Position numbers and translations under genes: made by a program. Below are positions 12,451 to 22,823 of a stretch of DNA of 64,000 nt, piece by piece; positions within the stretch are counted from its first letter, which is position 1, and each line of letters begins with the position of its first letter. The notes under the pieces are model-generated. The model was not told the origin of the DNA. It was given only the letters and a program-made list of their open reading frames with translations, and did no database searches. The DNA comes from Entomortierella parvispora E1425 (taxonomy: Eukaryota; Fungi; Mortierellomycota). Location: positions 1,674,001-1,738,000 of the forward strand of contig BQFW01000013.1 in the NCBI GenBank assembly GCA_020891255.1, read 5' to 3'.

Positions 12451-13732
12451 GGAGCCCGCTAGCTCCCAGGCATCCAAACTACCGTCTACCATATCCCCTC
12501 GTCAATGCGAGCTTGTATTTCTAAACGCCTCAGGCCCAAAGAACCATTGATTCTTGAATACAGGAGACCGGCTTTGGACTCTTCTTTCTCGGATGGGGCA
12601 CGGGGATTGGAACATGGCAACGGCTCTTTTACCTTGCTGGGATCCCAAGGACTTTTGAGGTTCTCATGATCGCGGGCCTCAAAGTGTACAACCAAGGACC
12701 CTTCGGATCATGACAAGGAGCTCGACGCGTACAACAAGATGCTCCAACCACACTCTCCAGCGAATCTGAGGGCAACGCTAAGTCACAGGAACAGTATGAT
12801 GACGATTCTTGTGAGAGGATTCAACGGGAATATGACTTGCAAGATGCCGACTATAGTGTCAGCGGCATTCCCGTCCAGATATGGATATTGACATCTCGGA
12901 CATGTTTTCTGACTTCTACATATGAAGTACGAGAGAGAGCAGTGGCAAGGGTCAGGCTCAAAAGTCAATGCGAGTACGGGTGCTACAAGAGGAAGAGTCG
13001 CCTCTGGCAGAACTTTTCCTTTTCGGATCAAAGCATATCACAGAGGCAGGATGTCATCACGGACCGCGCAGATGAGACACGATTGACCTAGTAAGTTGGG
13101 CAATCATTTTGGTTCCTATTGCTTCACACAGATGCTTACATATGTTTTTCTGCCTATCTGTTAGAGCACTTCTACATCCCCTACGAATGGATCCTAATGT
13201 TCCACGACTTGCGCTCTTCTCCGCGATACCAGACCTGATCGTCAAGTACCTTTCTTCCTCAGTGCCAAGAAGGATGTGGGATATCGGAAACCTCTATCGC
13301 TGCCCGATGTGGACAAAGAGAGCCTTGGACGAGCTTGGAACCAAGCCCGAGGGTGTTGAAGAGTTGATCCTGCTCCTCTTGAATAACAGAAGAGAGTCCG
13401 TCGATCTTGACTTAAACCGAGTCCATTAAAAGGTGATAGATCACGCAATGGCTGCAGCAGTGACCAGGGCGAAGGGGTGTACGAGCGACGGACCGTAGAA
13501 AGTGTAGGGAGAAGGCCATTTTTTTTTTTGAATAAAATGCTTTTGCATTGTACGACCGGTCAATGACGACCCATGCACCGAGGTTCACTGCCCGCGACAG
13601 CGAAGCCAGGCCAAAAAAAGAGGCATTTGGTGGCGTCGGCACGTGAAACCAAGTCACGGTCACGTGAACATGTATGTGGTCACGTGCTGATATGAAATTG
13701 AGGAATAAAGGTGGCTCAGTTCACTAGCACTT

Positions 13733-14340
13733 TGTCGTGACTCTCGGTATCACGACTGATCCTTAGGGTGTGTCGAGCGTGTTCTTCTACACTGGGCACC
13801 ACAGTCAGCTACCTTGACTGTAATCGAGATGGAAGGGCAAAGAAAGGATATGTTTAATAAGATATTCTGTGTGTTACTACTGATAGGGTTCTCAAGAGGG
13901 TTACCTGTAATCGAGATGGAAGGGCAAAGAAAGGATGCCGTTCTAAGTCTCGATACAGAGCTACTTATACACTGAAGGTAGTGAAGTGAGACTATACTGC
14001 TGACACTATGGAAATAAATAGTGAAGGGCTTATGACTATTCTGGAATAGGGGCCCTAACGTCCGAGGTTTCAAAGAGCTTGGTCGACCGGCGTGGAGACA
14101 AGCTTTTGATTGGCAACGGTTGGTAGGTTAATGTCGGAGAAACATGAAATGCTCCGTTCGTGAGTATACACGGTTGAGGGTAGTCGACCTGGTGATAGTC
14201 AACGACGATGACGCGCGGCACAAGTGCAATGAGGGCGCGCAACAAGGGTCCATTCATCAGGCGTGTCGGCGGTCAGGTGATCGTAAGTCATGTGATCAGA
14301 CGCGGAGCTGGCGGGGATAAAAGCAGTCTGATTCACGACA
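13733..14340 (-). repeat. 3' LTR (608 bp)
   Basis: TGTCGTGA...TCACGACA termini. Appears identical to 19230-19837 (same ORF translations). Contains an internal 32-bp direct repeat at 13818-13849 and 13905-13936. Confidence 0.95.
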
Positions 14341-17300
14341 CTCCCCCCACAGGCTTCAGGCCGTCCTCGGCCTGCCTGCAACTGATTGACTCTGGGTTCG
14401 CGAGTACGTTGGCCACGGCGACGAGGCTTCGGGGCAGAAGCAGCAAGTGCCTGTCTGTACACGCGGGCAGCTTCAGCGGCGGAACCCATCATAGGCGGTT
14501 CGTAAGTGCCAAGTTGATCGCGACGGGCAAGGTAATCTTCATTGGCGGTTCTAAGAGCGAGGGCCTCCTCCACGCGCTGTTCCTCCTCAGTGCGGCTTTC
14601 AATTGGAAGACCATCGTCAGAGTTGTCGTTGGCTTGCTCCATGGTGTGCTTTGTCTTAGTGACCCAAGCACGGCGTGCAGATGCTTCATCTGGCGGATAA
14701 GCACGCTTAAGACGGTCTTGGTGTACTAAGGCCGTCTTCAACTCACCATCTCCCCAGCGGAGCTGATAAGTCGACAAGGGCGTAATACGGATCACTTCCA
14801 GCGGGCCATAAAAATGGGGTTGAAGCTTCGTACGGCCGAAGTTCTTGACCAGGACAAAATCACCAACGGCGAACTTATGATCGGTGACCGTGTGTGTCTC
14901 TTCATGGTGTGCGGCCATATCATCTGCGGCGGTCTGCTGGGCCTGCAGGTGCTTTTCTCGGAGGGCGTCGATTTCTCGAAAAGTCTTGCGACGATGTTCT
15001 GCAAAATCGTCTTGATCTTGAAAATCAAACAAGAATGGGCGTACTGGATCTTGCGGCAAACGGGGTTCAAGTCCATAAACAAGTTGAAATGGGCTGACCT
15101 TGGTTCGCTGAGAGATGTGTACGCGACAAGCGAACAGACTCTGGTGCAGGTACTGATCCCAGCTGTGGATGTGTGTACCCACATACTTGCTCAACATGTG
15201 TCCGATAACACCATTGAGACGCTCACACTTTCCATTCGACCTTGGATGGTAAGCAGACGTAGCCTTGTGTTTGATGTGCAGCTTCTCCAAATAGCGTTGA
15301 AGAACGTCAGACATGAAGTTGGCTCCTCGGTCGCTAACGATCTCGCTAGGGCAGCCAAACTGTAAGACGATCTCTTCATAGAGAAAAGTAGCAACGGCGT
15401 CGGCGGTTGCTTCTGGCAAGGCTCTTGCGATCGGCCAGTTCGTGGCATGGTCGATTGCAGTAATGATCCAACGGTTTCCCTTCTTGGTGGCTGGCATGCG
15501 ACCAATAAAATCAATTCCCCAGCGCTCAAACGGACGTGCTGGCGCCAATGGATGCAACGGTGCAACAGAGCGGTCACCACCGGGCTTGACCAATTGACAC
15601 GGCTTGCATTCACGTACTACTGCTTTGATATCTGTTCGAAGACTGGGCCACCACATGCGAGTCTTGGCCAAATCAAACGTTCCAGACTCTCCAAGATGTC
15701 CAATGTCGGTGTGCAACTCAATGAGACGATCTGCGCGCTCTGCAAACGGAACGAAGGGAACTGCTCTTCCTTCAACCATGTAGCGCAATTCGTCGTCATC
15801 AGTCGTGAAGTTATGAGCCTCCTTGCGGACTCTCTTCTTGGTGTCTCCATCGGTATGGGGCGGAAAAGAACCATCATCCAGAAATGCAGGGACAAGCAAC
15901 GGCCAATCCCAAGTGTCGATGTGACGTCCTGCTGTCACATTGTTGATTTGCAATCTGGAAAGCGCATCTGCAGCGATGTTGGTGGCTCCTGCCTTATACT
16001 GGATCGACAGGTTGTAGGGGGCCAAAAATTCAACCCAACGGGTCATTCTCGGGCTCAGGTGTGGCTGGGTCAACAAAAATCGTAGACTTGCATGGTCAGT
16101 GTAGACCACGTTTTCGGGGGCGCCAAGAATAAACGTGCGCCATGCTCTGCATGCGTGAACAATGGCGAGGAGTTCCTTCTCATGGACCGGGTAGTTCTTC
16201 TCGGCTGGCTTAAGTTTTCGTGACTCATAGGCAACTGGGTGTCTTTTGCCTTCGTGCATCTGATAAAGGACTCCTCCTGTGGCAATGTCGGATGCATCGG
16301 TTTCCATATAGTACGGCTCATCGGGGTGTCCAAGGCACAATACAGGGGTAGTCGCTAGAAGTTCTTTGATTCCATCGAAAGCGGCTTGTTGAACTGGGCC
16401 CCAAGTAGGCACGGGTCGCAACTTTCCTTTGTTTGGGCCTGGACCAGTGGTCAACAAGTCTGTAAGACAAGCAGTGACTTCGGCATGGTGGAAAATATGA
16501 CGGCGATGGTAGTTCACAAATCCAATGAATGAACGAAGCTCTTGTACGTTGGTTGGGGTGGGCCAGTTCTTGACAACTGCGACCTTGGCTGGATCCACTT
16601 GAATTCCATCGTAGGATATCACATGTCCGACGAAGGTGATGCTGGATAATCCAAACGCACATTTGCTCTGCTTGGCATGTAGGTGATGTTTTCGCAGCGT
16701 TGATAGCACTGTTCGGATGTGCTTCAAGTGTTCTTCGAAAGTCTTGGAGTAGATCAGGATGTCATCGAGGTAGACAACAACGAACTGATCCAACTCTTTA
16801 CTGAAAATCGTATTCATGAAGGCTTGAAACGACGCGGGCGCGTTGGTAAGACCAAAAGCCATGACACAGTACTCGTAGTGTCCATAACGGGTAGAGAACG
16901 CTGTCTTGGGTCTGTCCTCTTCTGCAACTTGAAGTTGATGATATCCCTGCTGGAGATCCAACTTGCTGAAATAACGGGCTCCTCGCATGCGATCGAAAAA
17001 TTCATCGGTGTGCGGGAGAAAATACTTGTTCTTGATCGTGACGGCGTTGAGTCCACGATAGTCGATACACAGTCTCAATGTTCCATCTTTCTTCTTGACG
17101 AACAGGACTGGTGCGGCCCACGGCGACGTTGAGGGCTGGATGTACCCCAACCGTAACAGCTCATCCAACTGTTCTTTGAGAGTCTTGAGCTCGAGGGGTG
17201 ACATCTTATATATCTTCTTGACCACAGGACTTGTTACTCCAGTGGGGATTTGGTGATCGAAACCGGGACGGGCTGGTGGCATCTCTGAGAGTGGAGCGAA

Positions 17301-19079
17301 TACATCCTGCTGGTACTCCTTCACTATCTCATCGATTTGAGCTTGCTGTTCTACTGTCAGGTCCGGGTTGGTCATGAGCTCTTCTGCTCGGGTGTGTTCT
17401 GGAACGTGGGTTTTCATTAACCAAACGATTCCTGCTTCTTGTGTATCATCGGCGGCCATGGTGTGTAAGAACCGCTGTGCGTTCGTCTGCACATATGCAA
17501 GTTCAGGTACCTGTTCGTTCTGCAGAAGGGTACTGGCGGGCTGAGATCTGGCGATGGCTTCGTGTTTTCGGCCATTGACTTGCCAAGTCAATGAGTAGCG
17601 ATCCCAATTGATTTGAGGTTTGTAGCGGAACATCCATGGAAGTCCAATAAAAACATCGTGAGCTAGGTCGGGAACAACCGTGGCTGTGAAACGGCAGGTG
17701 TGTTCTCCAATAACAACTCGAAGGATGACTTCGCCTAGTGCCTTAGCACCTAGGTCTCCTGCATGGGCTGTTCGTACAGGGGTCGGCTCATAGATTCGTT
17801 TTTCATCGAGGATGGATTCCGGGGATTCTTCACGGATAACTTCGAGGGCACGAGAAGAAATAACGTTGACGTTGGCGCCGTTATCAAAAAGGGCGTCGAA
17901 TTGCCAACCGTCGACGTAGAGGGGTACGACCATCAATGGGCAAGTTTCGGGCTTGAAATCTTGTGGATCGATATGGGTCATGTTGATGTTCACGTTTGGG
18001 CGATTCCTTCGTTGTGGTCGTCCTTGGTTTTGTCCTCCTTGAGGGCAGTCGCGTTTGTAGTGTCCTCGCTGTCCACAGTTATAACAAGTTTGCGGCTTGG
18101 GGCATTCTGCGGCCTTGTGATTGTCTCCGCAATTGTGGCACTCGATGTTGAACACATCAACGTCCATATCCATCGAAGATCGACGACCTTGACTTTGATT
18201 TTGGTTTTGGGTGCTGTCTCGTCGATCTGGAGGGCGTGAAAACGGATGACCAGAGAAACTAACGCGTTTTCCAGTTGAAAAACCAGTAGTGGGGTTTCCA
18301 GTAATGTGAGAGGGACGAGGGGGCGGGGCTGTTGCAGCAGCGTGGTGTTGGAAAAGTCTTGGGGAACCAAAGCGTGATGGATCAACAAAAGGGCGAGACG
18401 GCGGCGTTTGTCTGGCTTGGTTGATTCGGTTCTGCGCGGATTGGGAAATGATACCAAGGCTTGTGCTCATCTCTGTTCGGATTTCACAGTGTTGGCGGAC
18501 TTGTTGCCAGGTTTTGACTTGGTGCTCGATCAGAAATTTTCGCAAAAATTGTGGACTTCGGGTCTTGAAGACGTGTACTTTTTCTCCTTCAGATACATTG
18601 GTACCAAGAGGCATCAAAGCAAACTGAAAACGGTGGAAGAAGGTGTTGGGGGTGTCTGTCTTTTCCCAGACAACACTATCGAGTTCGTTGCGAAGGGTCT
18701 CTTCCAAGTCTTCTGAGCTGAACTGACTTAAAAAGGCGGCTGAGAAAGTGTCCCACGTGGCATTGGTGTGAAGTGAGTTGTAATTCAGGCCCCAGACTCT
18801 TGCGTCACCTCGAAGCTTGGCAATCGCGGCTCTGGGCCATTTCGGTCTAGGAATCTCACTGATGTCTGCAATCAACTCTGTCTGTAGCAACCATGCTCGG
18901 GCCTCGTGGTGGGAGCAGGTGCCATTGAAAGTTTCATGATCCGAGGGCAAAAGGTTCTTTTTGGGACGATCATTGTGGATCACAGGTTCGGGAACGGTGA
19001 AGGTGGAGGCGGCGTGATAGCTTGACGTGTTGGGCTCCTCGTCAATATCGTCGTCGAAGTTGTGTTGATGTTGATTCAT
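14199..19079 (-). CDS. Gag-Pol polyprotein, 1626 aa, single frame
   Basis: Two CCHC knuckles, protease LFDNGAN, RT with YLDD, RNase H ETDASD, integrase HHCC plus DDE (GIDF, SDRG, ERLN) and a GPY/F-type tail; no chromodomain seen. Confidence 0.95.
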   Translation of the reverse strand: MNQHQHNFDDDIDEEPNTSSYHAASTFTVPEPVIHNDRPKKNLLPSDHETFNGTCSHHEARAWLLQTELIADISEIPRPKWPRAAIAKLRGDARVWGLNYNSLHTNATWDTFSAAFLSQFSSEDLEETLRNELDSVVWEKTDTPNTFFHRFQFALMPLGTNVSEGEKVHVFKTRSPQFLRKFLIEHQVKTWQQVRQHCEIRTEMSTSLGIISQSAQNRINQARQTPPSRPFVDPSRFGSPRLFQHHAAATAPPPRPSHITGNPTTGFSTGKRVSFSGHPFSRPPDRRDSTQNQNQSQGRRSSMDMDVDVFNIECHNCGDNHKAAECPKPQTCYNCGQRGHYKRDCPQGGQNQGRPQRRNRPNVNINMTHIDPQDFKPETCPLMVVPLYVDGWQFDALFDNGANVNVISSRALEVIREESPESILDEKRIYEPTPVRTAHAGDLGAKALGEVILRVVIGEHTCRFTATVVPDLAHDVFIGLPWMFRYKPQINWDRYSLTWQVNGRKHEAIARSQPASTLLQNEQVPELAYVQTNAQRFLHTMAADDTQEAGIVWLMKTHVPEHTRAEELMTNPDLTVEQQAQIDEIVKEYQQDVFAPLSEMPPARPGFDHQIPTGVTSPVVKKIYKMSPLELKTLKEQLDELLRLGYIQPSTSPWAAPVLFVKKKDGTLRLCIDYRGLNAVTIKNKYFLPHTDEFFDRMRGARYFSKLDLQQGYHQLQVAEEDRPKTAFSTRYGHYEYCVMAFGLTNAPASFQAFMNTIFSKELDQFVVVYLDDILIYSKTFEEHLKHIRTVLSTLRKHHLHAKQSKCAFGLSSITFVGHVISYDGIQVDPAKVAVVKNWPTPTNVQELRSFIGFVNYHRRHIFHHAEVTACLTDLLTTGPGPNKGKLRPVPTWGPVQQAAFDGIKELLATTPVLCLGHPDEPYYMETDASDIATGGVLYQMHEGKRHPVAYESRKLKPAEKNYPVHEKELLAIVHACRAWRTFILGAPENVVYTDHASLRFLLTQPHLSPRMTRWVEFLAPYNLSIQYKAGATNIAADALSRLQINNVTAGRHIDTWDWPLLVPAFLDDGSFPPHTDGDTKKRVRKEAHNFTTDDDELRYMVEGRAVPFVPFAERADRLIELHTDIGHLGESGTFDLAKTRMWWPSLRTDIKAVVRECKPCQLVKPGGDRSVAPLHPLAPARPFERWGIDFIGRMPATKKGNRWIITAIDHATNWPIARALPEATADAVATFLYEEIVLQFGCPSEIVSDRGANFMSDVLQRYLEKLHIKHKATSAYHPRSNGKCERLNGVIGHMLSKYVGTHIHSWDQYLHQSLFACRVHISQRTKVSPFQLVYGLEPRLPQDPVRPFLFDFQDQDDFAEHRRKTFREIDALREKHLQAQQTAADDMAAHHEETHTVTDHKFAVGDFVLVKNFGRTKLQPHFYGPLEVIRITPLSTYQLRWGDGELKTALVHQDRLKRAYPPDEASARRAWVTKTKHTMEQANDNSDDGLPIESRTEEEQRVEEALALRTANEDYLARRDQLGTYEPPMMGSAAEAARVYRQALAASAPKPRRRGQRTREPRVNQLQAGRGRPEACGGSVVNQTAFIPASSASDHMTYDHLTADTPDEWTLVARPHCTCAARHRR
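14341..14350 (-). other. Polypurine tract
   Basis: GTGGGGGGAG on the minus strand directly abuts the 3' LTR. Confidence 0.8.
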
Positions 19080-19113
19080 GATGTAAGGAAGTGGGTAGGG
19101 AAGGTGGTCGTCT

Positions 19114-19219
19114 TGAATGGCGTGGCGGTAGGACTACTACTGTCCTTTGAATGGGCGTGGCGGTAGGACTACTACTGTCCTTTGGATGGGCGTGGCGGTA
19201 GGACTGCTACTGTCCTTTG
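19114..19219. repeat. Three ~35-bp tandem repeats in the retrotransposon leader
   Basis: Unit tg(a/g)atgg(g)cgtggcggtaggact(a/g)ctactgtcctt x3. Confidence 0.85.
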
Positions 19220-19225
19220 CTACCA
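19214..19225 (-). other. Primer-binding site, tRNA-iMet-like
   Basis: TGGTAGCAAAGG lies 4 nt inside the 5' LTR boundary and is complementary to an initiator-Met-type 3' end (..GCUACCA). Confidence 0.75.
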
Positions 19226-19229
19226 AATT

Positions 19230-19837
19230 TGTCGTGACTCTCGGTATCACGACTGATCCTTAGGGTGTGTCGAGCGTGTTCTTCTACACTGGGCACCACA
19301 GTCAGCTACCTTGACTGTAATCGAGATGGAAGGGCAAAGAAAGGATATGTTTAATAAGATATTCTGTGTGTTACTACTGATAGGGTTCTCAAGAGGGTTA
19401 CCTGTAATCGAGATGGAAGGGCAAAGAAAGGATGCCGTTCTAAGTCTCGATACAGAGCTACTTATACACTGAAGGTAGTGAAGTGAGACTATACTGCTGA
19501 CACTATGGAAATAAATAGTGAAGGGCTTATGACTATTCTGGAATAGGGGCCCTAACGTCCGAGGTTTCAAAGAGCTTGGTCGACCGGCGTGGAGACAAGC
19601 TTTTGATTGGCAACGGTTGGTAGGTTAATGTCGGAGAAACATGAAATGCTCCGTTCGTGAGTATACACGGTTGAGGGTAGTCGACCTGGTGATAGTCAAC
19701 GACGATGACGCGCGGCACAAGTGCAATGAGGGCGCGCAACAAGGGTCCATTCATCAGGCGTGTCGGCGGTCAGGTGATCGTAAGTCATGTGATCAGACGC
19801 GGAGCTGGCGGGGATAAAAGCAGTCTGATTCACGACA
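19230..19837 (-). repeat. 5' LTR (608 bp)
   Basis: Same sequence and termini as 13733-14340. Confidence 0.95.
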
Positions 19838-19852
19838 ACTTCATCAAAGTGA

Positions 19853-19933
19853 GTCAACATGGCCGAGCGGTTAAGGCGTGAGACTAGAAATCTCATGGGT
19901 TCTCCCGCGCAGGTTCAAATCCTGCTGTTGACG
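19853..19933 (+). tRNA. tRNA-Ser (anticodon AGA)
   Basis: Acceptor stem GTCAACA/TGTTGAC, anticodon arm TGAGA-CTAGAAA-TCTCA, long variable arm, GGTTCAAATCC B-box and a T-run terminator at about 19940. Confidence 0.95.
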
Positions 19934-20361
19934 CCATTCTTTTTGCTCTTTTTTCCTCCGGCTCTGAAAAACTGCAGCGCAAGCGCTCGTTTGCATCCCA
20001 GCCCTCGGGAAGCGCGCGTCTTTTCATTTTGTTTTCTTTTTTTTCCTTCTTCCTCTTCTTTTTTTCTAGGATGGTGTGGTGGTGAGTTCTTCAGTCCCAG
20101 GTTTTTGGAACCTGACACACAATTATCAAAGTTCTTTTGGGGAGCGTTGCAATTCTGTCACCCTTTCGTTTATTGTTAACACTGGGAAAGCAAACAAGCG
20201 GGACCTGTGACACCATACGATAGCCCTTACTCCAGATTAGTAGAGTTCCTAAGATACAAAGAGAAATGCGCAGACATTTACTGTTAGTATTAAGTTTGGG
20301 ATGTAAACTAGAGGAGGAGGTCCTAGGAGGGGGGTTTCATTTGCAGGAGAAGACCGGATTG

Positions 20362-22604
20362 TTACCCGTTGTAATTCACTTCTGTGTCCCTCTTTTTGGA
20401 TCTGTAGACGGTGACCATGGAGGATGAACATCGATCTCATTAGTACACGAAGGTAGAAACAGCAAAAGTCTAAACGATAAACGAGTCAACTCATACTCGG
20501 CTGTTCGCGCCGTTTGGCTTGATCCGCTTGCGGAAGAGGAACCGACAGTTGAAGAGGATGAAGCTGATTGAGTGGCTGTTGAGAGAGGATTGTAAGCAGC
20601 AACTGTCGAAAGGGCTGAGGAGGCGATTTTTCCTGCGAAACCGAGAGCTGACCAGCCGTAACCCAGAATAGTGGGGACTGCACCTCCATCTGAGCCATAA
20701 GCAGAAGATGCGGTTTGCGTTCGCTATCCAGCCAGTCAAGATAGATGACAGTTAGCAGGATGCAGACTGATAGAACAAATGTTATATATACGATGCAATA
20801 CCTTCAAGACAAGAGTAGCACTTGGACAAAGTTCGAGGTCCCGAAGCATTTTCGATTCGTCCGTAAAGGTCCTCGAAGGAATCAGCTGAACAATGTTGTA
20901 GGCATTGTCTTCGCCTTCCTGATTCTAAAGTAAAAAGACAAAACAAGCAATGCATGCAGACGTGTAAGAATCGACATTTTGATAGTATCGCTTTATCAAA
21001 TGCAAAGATGTCGTGCCGACTGTAAACCCACCTGGTTGATCCACTCTCGTACTGCCTCCAGAGTATCCGTGGCTTTAAAGGTATTGCGGATGCTGGAGCC
21101 ATCGAACAGTCGAATGTTCAGTCGACTAGAATCAAATGCCAATGCTGGTGCAGCGTCGTTTCGAGCTTCTCTCAATCCAGAGTTCAAAGCCCGGACTTCG
21201 GCCGGCAAGATAACCTCAGCCTCTCCAAAGGATGAAGATGACGCTTGTGAAGGCGAAGAATAAGCAGCAGAGGATGCAGCCAGGGCTGCCTGCGCCTTTT
21301 CTCTCTCAGCACGTCTCCGAGCCTTGTCTTCCTCCAAATCCTGCTTCACCTTGCGCTTGTACTCTGCTGCTTCCCGTTTCTCCTTCTCGATCTGATCCTT
21401 GAGTTTTTTGGTCTGCTTGTCTGCCAACTCTTTTTGGGCCTCTGTCAAGGTCTTGCTCGAAGTCCTCCTGTTGATTTCGCGTTGTTTCGCGGCCTAAGAG
21501 GATTTTTTTGGCCAAAACAAAATTTAACATTCGAGAAACACTAGCGAGTACAAGAAATAAAAAAGTCGGCTTTGCTCACCTCACGCTCTTCCTGTTCCCG
21601 TTTCAGCTTTCTTTCTTTCATCAAGTCCTTCAATCTAGCCGTACAACAAAAGAGGTCCCGTCAGTTCAGATCTCGCCTAAAAGTGCTGTAGGATGATGTA
21701 GTTAAAGAGCGTACACTTGGGCCTGCTCTGCTCGAGGTGCAGCATTGGCTTGGGCGAGAATGCTTGGTCCTGCTTCTGTAGATGAAGCTGATGCTGTGGC
21801 TGTGGTGGATGTGGCGGGCAGTGGTGTCGCCACAGATAATGTAGAAGAAGAGTTCATGACAGGATTGACAGCTGTCGTAATAGCGGGGACCGCACTCTCG
21901 GCGCTAGAATGAGCTGTCGTTCCTGGTCCTGTCGCCCCTGCAGCCGAAGATCCAGCAGCATTGGGAAGGACGGTGCCAGGTGGAGGAGGTATCTGAAAGT
22001 GCCCTTGAACCGCCTTCTTGATTCTTTCCAGCAACTGATCGTTATCAACCGATCCATTCATGAAATCTGCCAACAGTCCATTCCTGATGAGATAGAGTGC
22101 AGGGACCGTCAAGATAGGGACTGTGAACAAGAGCAAAAAAAAAAGTCAGGGAGGAGATATCAGACCCAGGATAATGACCAAAGCCTCCACAATAGCATAA
22201 ACAGATAGCATCACATCTCCCTTACAAATTTGGCCAAACATGAGGCCATCGGGCGACTCCTGAACAAGACGCAGAGGAACCAGATCAAGATTGGAGAACT
22301 CGGCTTGGAAAGTGTCTTCGGTAAAGCGTCCTTCAAACTGACGACTTTCAACCTTGTCCTCGCCGTCTATCACGATACCAAAAGTAGACAGGGGGGGGGG
22401 GGGGGGGGACAGTGCAATCCTCTGTGAGTAAGTTGGCTTTTCTCGCTACCAGGAAGAGAAGCAAAGTCGAGGAGAGGCAGATGCAAACATACCTTGGACA
22501 AGGCAGACAAGGAGAACGATGCCTCTAGCATTCGCGGTTTCAACAGCAGATGCAACCGAGCCGGTGAACCAGGGCGTTGCGTTGGGTGTATCTTCAGCCG
22601 ACAT
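20362..22604 (-). CDS. UBX-domain protein (UBXN4/erasin-like), multi-exon
   Basis: N-terminal WFTGSVASAVETA motif, coiled coil (EYKRKVKQDLEEDKARRRAE) and UBX domain LNIRLFDGSSIRNTF..LELCPSATLVLK. Confidence 0.8.
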
Positions 22605-22823
22605 AATTCTGATGAGAGGATGGATGGACGGTTGGTTGTTAGGTCAGGGTGAGCGAATGAGAAGATGGTCCGCATGCATCATCTCGAGTCAAAGGCATGC
22701 GAAGAATAGGAGGCAGACCACAAGAGCAGTCACTACGCGTTTTTTCATTCAATGGTTTATTAGTGTCTATGGTACAAGTTTTTTTTCTTTCTTGGAGGCA
22801 ATACATAGAAAGCCCAGCTCTCT

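Larger units (their letters stand above)
13733..19837 (-). mobile_element. Full-length Ty3/Gypsy LTR retrotransposon
   Basis: Two 608-bp LTRs, 4-bp TSD ACTT (13729-13732 and 19838-19841), PBS, PPT and a gag-PR-RT-RH-IN ORF. Confidence 0.97.

Noticed and set aside
13109-13429. Possible F-box-like relic ORF
   Set aside because: The similarity is too weak to support by eye.
19934-19936. CCA immediately after tRNA-Ser
   Set aside because: A trinucleotide match is likely chance; eukaryotic CCA is added post-transcriptionally.
22391-22408. Poly-G tracts (also about 27737 and 33509) as G-quadruplex elements
   Set aside because: Simple homopolymers in introns or intergenic DNA, common throughout this genome.
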